A stretch of 27,543 nt of DNA from an uncultured virus (IMG/VR IMGVR_UViG_3300048839_000486) (Duplodnaviria; Heunggongvirae; Uroviricota; Caudoviricetes). A program made the position numbers and the translations under genes. Positions 25,980 to 27,543 of the stretch are shown here, one piece after another (the first letter of the stretch is position 1; each line of letters starts with the position of its first letter). The stretch is taken from IMG/VR virus record IMGVR_UViG_3300048839_000486. One strand, written 5' to 3'. The notes below the pieces were generated by a model. That model searched no databases and was not told the DNA's origin. It was given only the letters and a program-made list of their open reading frames with translations.

Positions 25980-26237
25980 ATGCGCCGCGCCCCCTTCTTC
26001 ACCCTGCCCGAAACGGGCGAATCCTACGCCCATGAGGCAATCCACCGCGTGCTCAGTTACTGCGAACGGCAGAGGGTAGAGCACTCCATCTATTCCGGCC
26101 CGCAACCGGACGAAACTCTCCACCGCGCCTACATTGAGGCCGGATACGTCATGCAATCGGCACTCCGCCGCAGCGTGGAAGCCGCCACCCTCAGCACTCT
26201 CAACACCCAACCGAAAGGAACCAACACCCATGCCTAA
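25980..26237 (+). CDS. Hypothetical protein (85 aa)
   Basis: RBS GAGGA; 8-nt overlap with the next gene. Confidence 0.6.
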   Translation: MRRAPFFTLPETGESYAHEAIHRVLSYCERQRVEHSIYSGPQPDETLHRAYIEAGYVMQSALRRSVEAATLSTLNTQPKGTNTHA

Positions 26238-26820
26238 ATCCAACGCCGACGCCCCCATCGTGGGCCTTCTTGTCACGCCCTGGCGGCGCCAACAGCACGA
26301 TAGCGACTCTAGCCGCTACTACGTCCTGCCCGTCGTCATCAGCAAAGTGGACGGCAAGCCCCGGAACATCTCCCGGTCATCCTCCTACGATCACCCCGAA
26401 GTCGGGATGCTAGAGGATCTGGAATTCGGTGTCCGCGTGACTTGGTACAAAGACGCCAACGGGGTGCCGGCATGGAAAGCCCATCTCCCCGGCAGCGTCG
26501 AATACCGTGGGCACATGGTTCTGGACGCCCATGACATCGCCTCAATGTCGAAGGGGATGGCCCGCGTCAATCGCGCCGTCGCGAAGTTTCCCGTCGCGCC
26601 CGCGTCGTTCGGTCAGTTCTGCGTCATGCTGGCACAGGCATTGGGGATCAGGCACGCGCTGTATGAGACCAGTGGACACAGCGCCTACAGCTACACCCAG
26701 TGCGAATACCTCACTCGCGACATTCGCGCCGCCGAACACTGGATCAATGAGGAGATCGAGAAAATCCGGCTGAAGGTGATTCCGGCAACGTCCGACGCCG
26801 GATGCGCCCACGCCGCCTAG
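26230..26820 (+). CDS. Hypothetical protein (196 aa)
   Basis: RBS GAAAGGA. Confidence 0.7.
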   Translation: MPKSNADAPIVGLLVTPWRRQQHDSDSSRYYVLPVVISKVDGKPRNISRSSSYDHPEVGMLEDLEFGVRVTWYKDANGVPAWKAHLPGSVEYRGHMVLDAHDIASMSKGMARVNRAVAKFPVAPASFGQFCVMLAQALGIRHALYETSGHSAYSYTQCEYLTRDIRAAEHWINEEIEKIRLKVIPATSDAGCAHAA

Positions 26821-26833
26821 TGCTCCAATCCTA

Positions 26834-26862
26834 GCTCACGGCTAGAACCCCTAGCCGTGAGC
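26834..26862. repeat. Perfect 12-bp inverted repeat
   Basis: GCTCACGGCTAG-AACCC-CTAGCCGTGAGC. Confidence 0.85.
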
Positions 26863-26941
26863 CTCGATGGGCGCACCGGGCAACCGGCCAGCGTGACCAG
26901 CGTGACAGAGACAGCAAGACAACGAAAGGTGCTAGACGAAA

Positions 26942-27541
26942 ATGCAGAACAATCTCATCGAAACCATTGACGCCATCGCCCGCGAATTGGGCAATGACTG
27001 GCAAACCACCCACGAATCTAACGCTTGGTGGCAAAACGGCATCGTCCACAAAGGGACCGGGCTCATCCTCAGCTACCGCATGGATCAAGGCAAGATCGTG
27101 TTTGCGGCGGGAGGCTGGCCCCAGGCGTCCCCATCGGCGGGATGGCGCGGAGACCTCACAGTCACGCCGGAATCCATCAGGGAAGACGTGTCCAGCGTCC
27201 GCATCAGCGCAGACAAGCCCGTCGAACGGATCGCGAAGGAACTCAAAACCCGGCTCGCAGAGAATGCCTTGCGCGTGTGGCACGCCTGCAAGGCCGAGGC
27301 CGACAAACATACCGCCCTGCACGAAAAAGCCGCCAGTCTCTACGGGAAACTGGCCGACACGCTGGGACCCGTTGGACGCAAACCCAGCGATGGCGCACGG
27401 GCGGGACACGACATCAAAATGTGGCTCCAACACCCCGACGTGTACGGCGACGTGACCGTCGCCTATCATGGCGAGAACGTCAACCTGCTCCTTCGCGCCG
27501 TGCCGCCCCACATCGCGGAGCGCATCTGCCAGATCCTCGCC
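26942..27541 (+). CDS. Hypothetical protein, runs off window
   Basis: Hand translation MQNNLIETIDAIARELGNDW...VRISADKPVERIAKELKTRL..., open to the end. Confidence 0.7.
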   Translation, partial: MQNNLIETIDAIARELGNDWQTTHESNAWWQNGIVHKGTGLILSYRMDQGKIVFAAGGWPQASPSAGWRGDLTVTPESIREDVSSVRISADKPVERIAKELKTRLAENALRVWHACKAEADKHTALHEKAASLYGKLADTLGPVGRKPSDGARAGHDIKMWLQHPDVYGDVTVAYHGENVNLLLRAVPPHIAERICQILA

Positions 27542-27543
27542 GA

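Overview
GC-rich tailed-phage or prophage segment. The host is probably an Acidobacteriota (Bryobacterales-like) bacterium; this is inferred from protein motifs recalled from memory, not from a search. Two arms diverge from a repeat- and CTAG-rich control region at about 19.15-20.0 kb. The left arm (minus strand) runs from about 30 small, translationally coupled accessory genes (XRE-type HTH proteins, an ABA-sandwich protein, two DUF5131/Gp37Gp68 stubs, an isolated P22-coat/HK97-type capsid homolog) through PNKP, two SSBs, a sigma70-region-4-like protein and dUTPase. It ends with two membrane (holin-like) proteins and two signal-peptide-bearing fibre/adhesin proteins. The right arm (plus strand) carries a MoxR/CbbQ-type AAA+ ATPase and its partner, a DUF7007-like protein, a frameshifted conserved gene and other early-type ORFs. 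Main leads: (1) an orphan capsid homolog with an apparently shortened E-loop among non-structural genes; (2) small genes each bracketed by 21-25 bp junction duplications, suggesting cassette-like gene accretion; (3) a 16-bp quasi-palindrome found six times across the window; (4) an AGGTDYTAG start-associated motif; (5) two structured intergenic RNA candidates.
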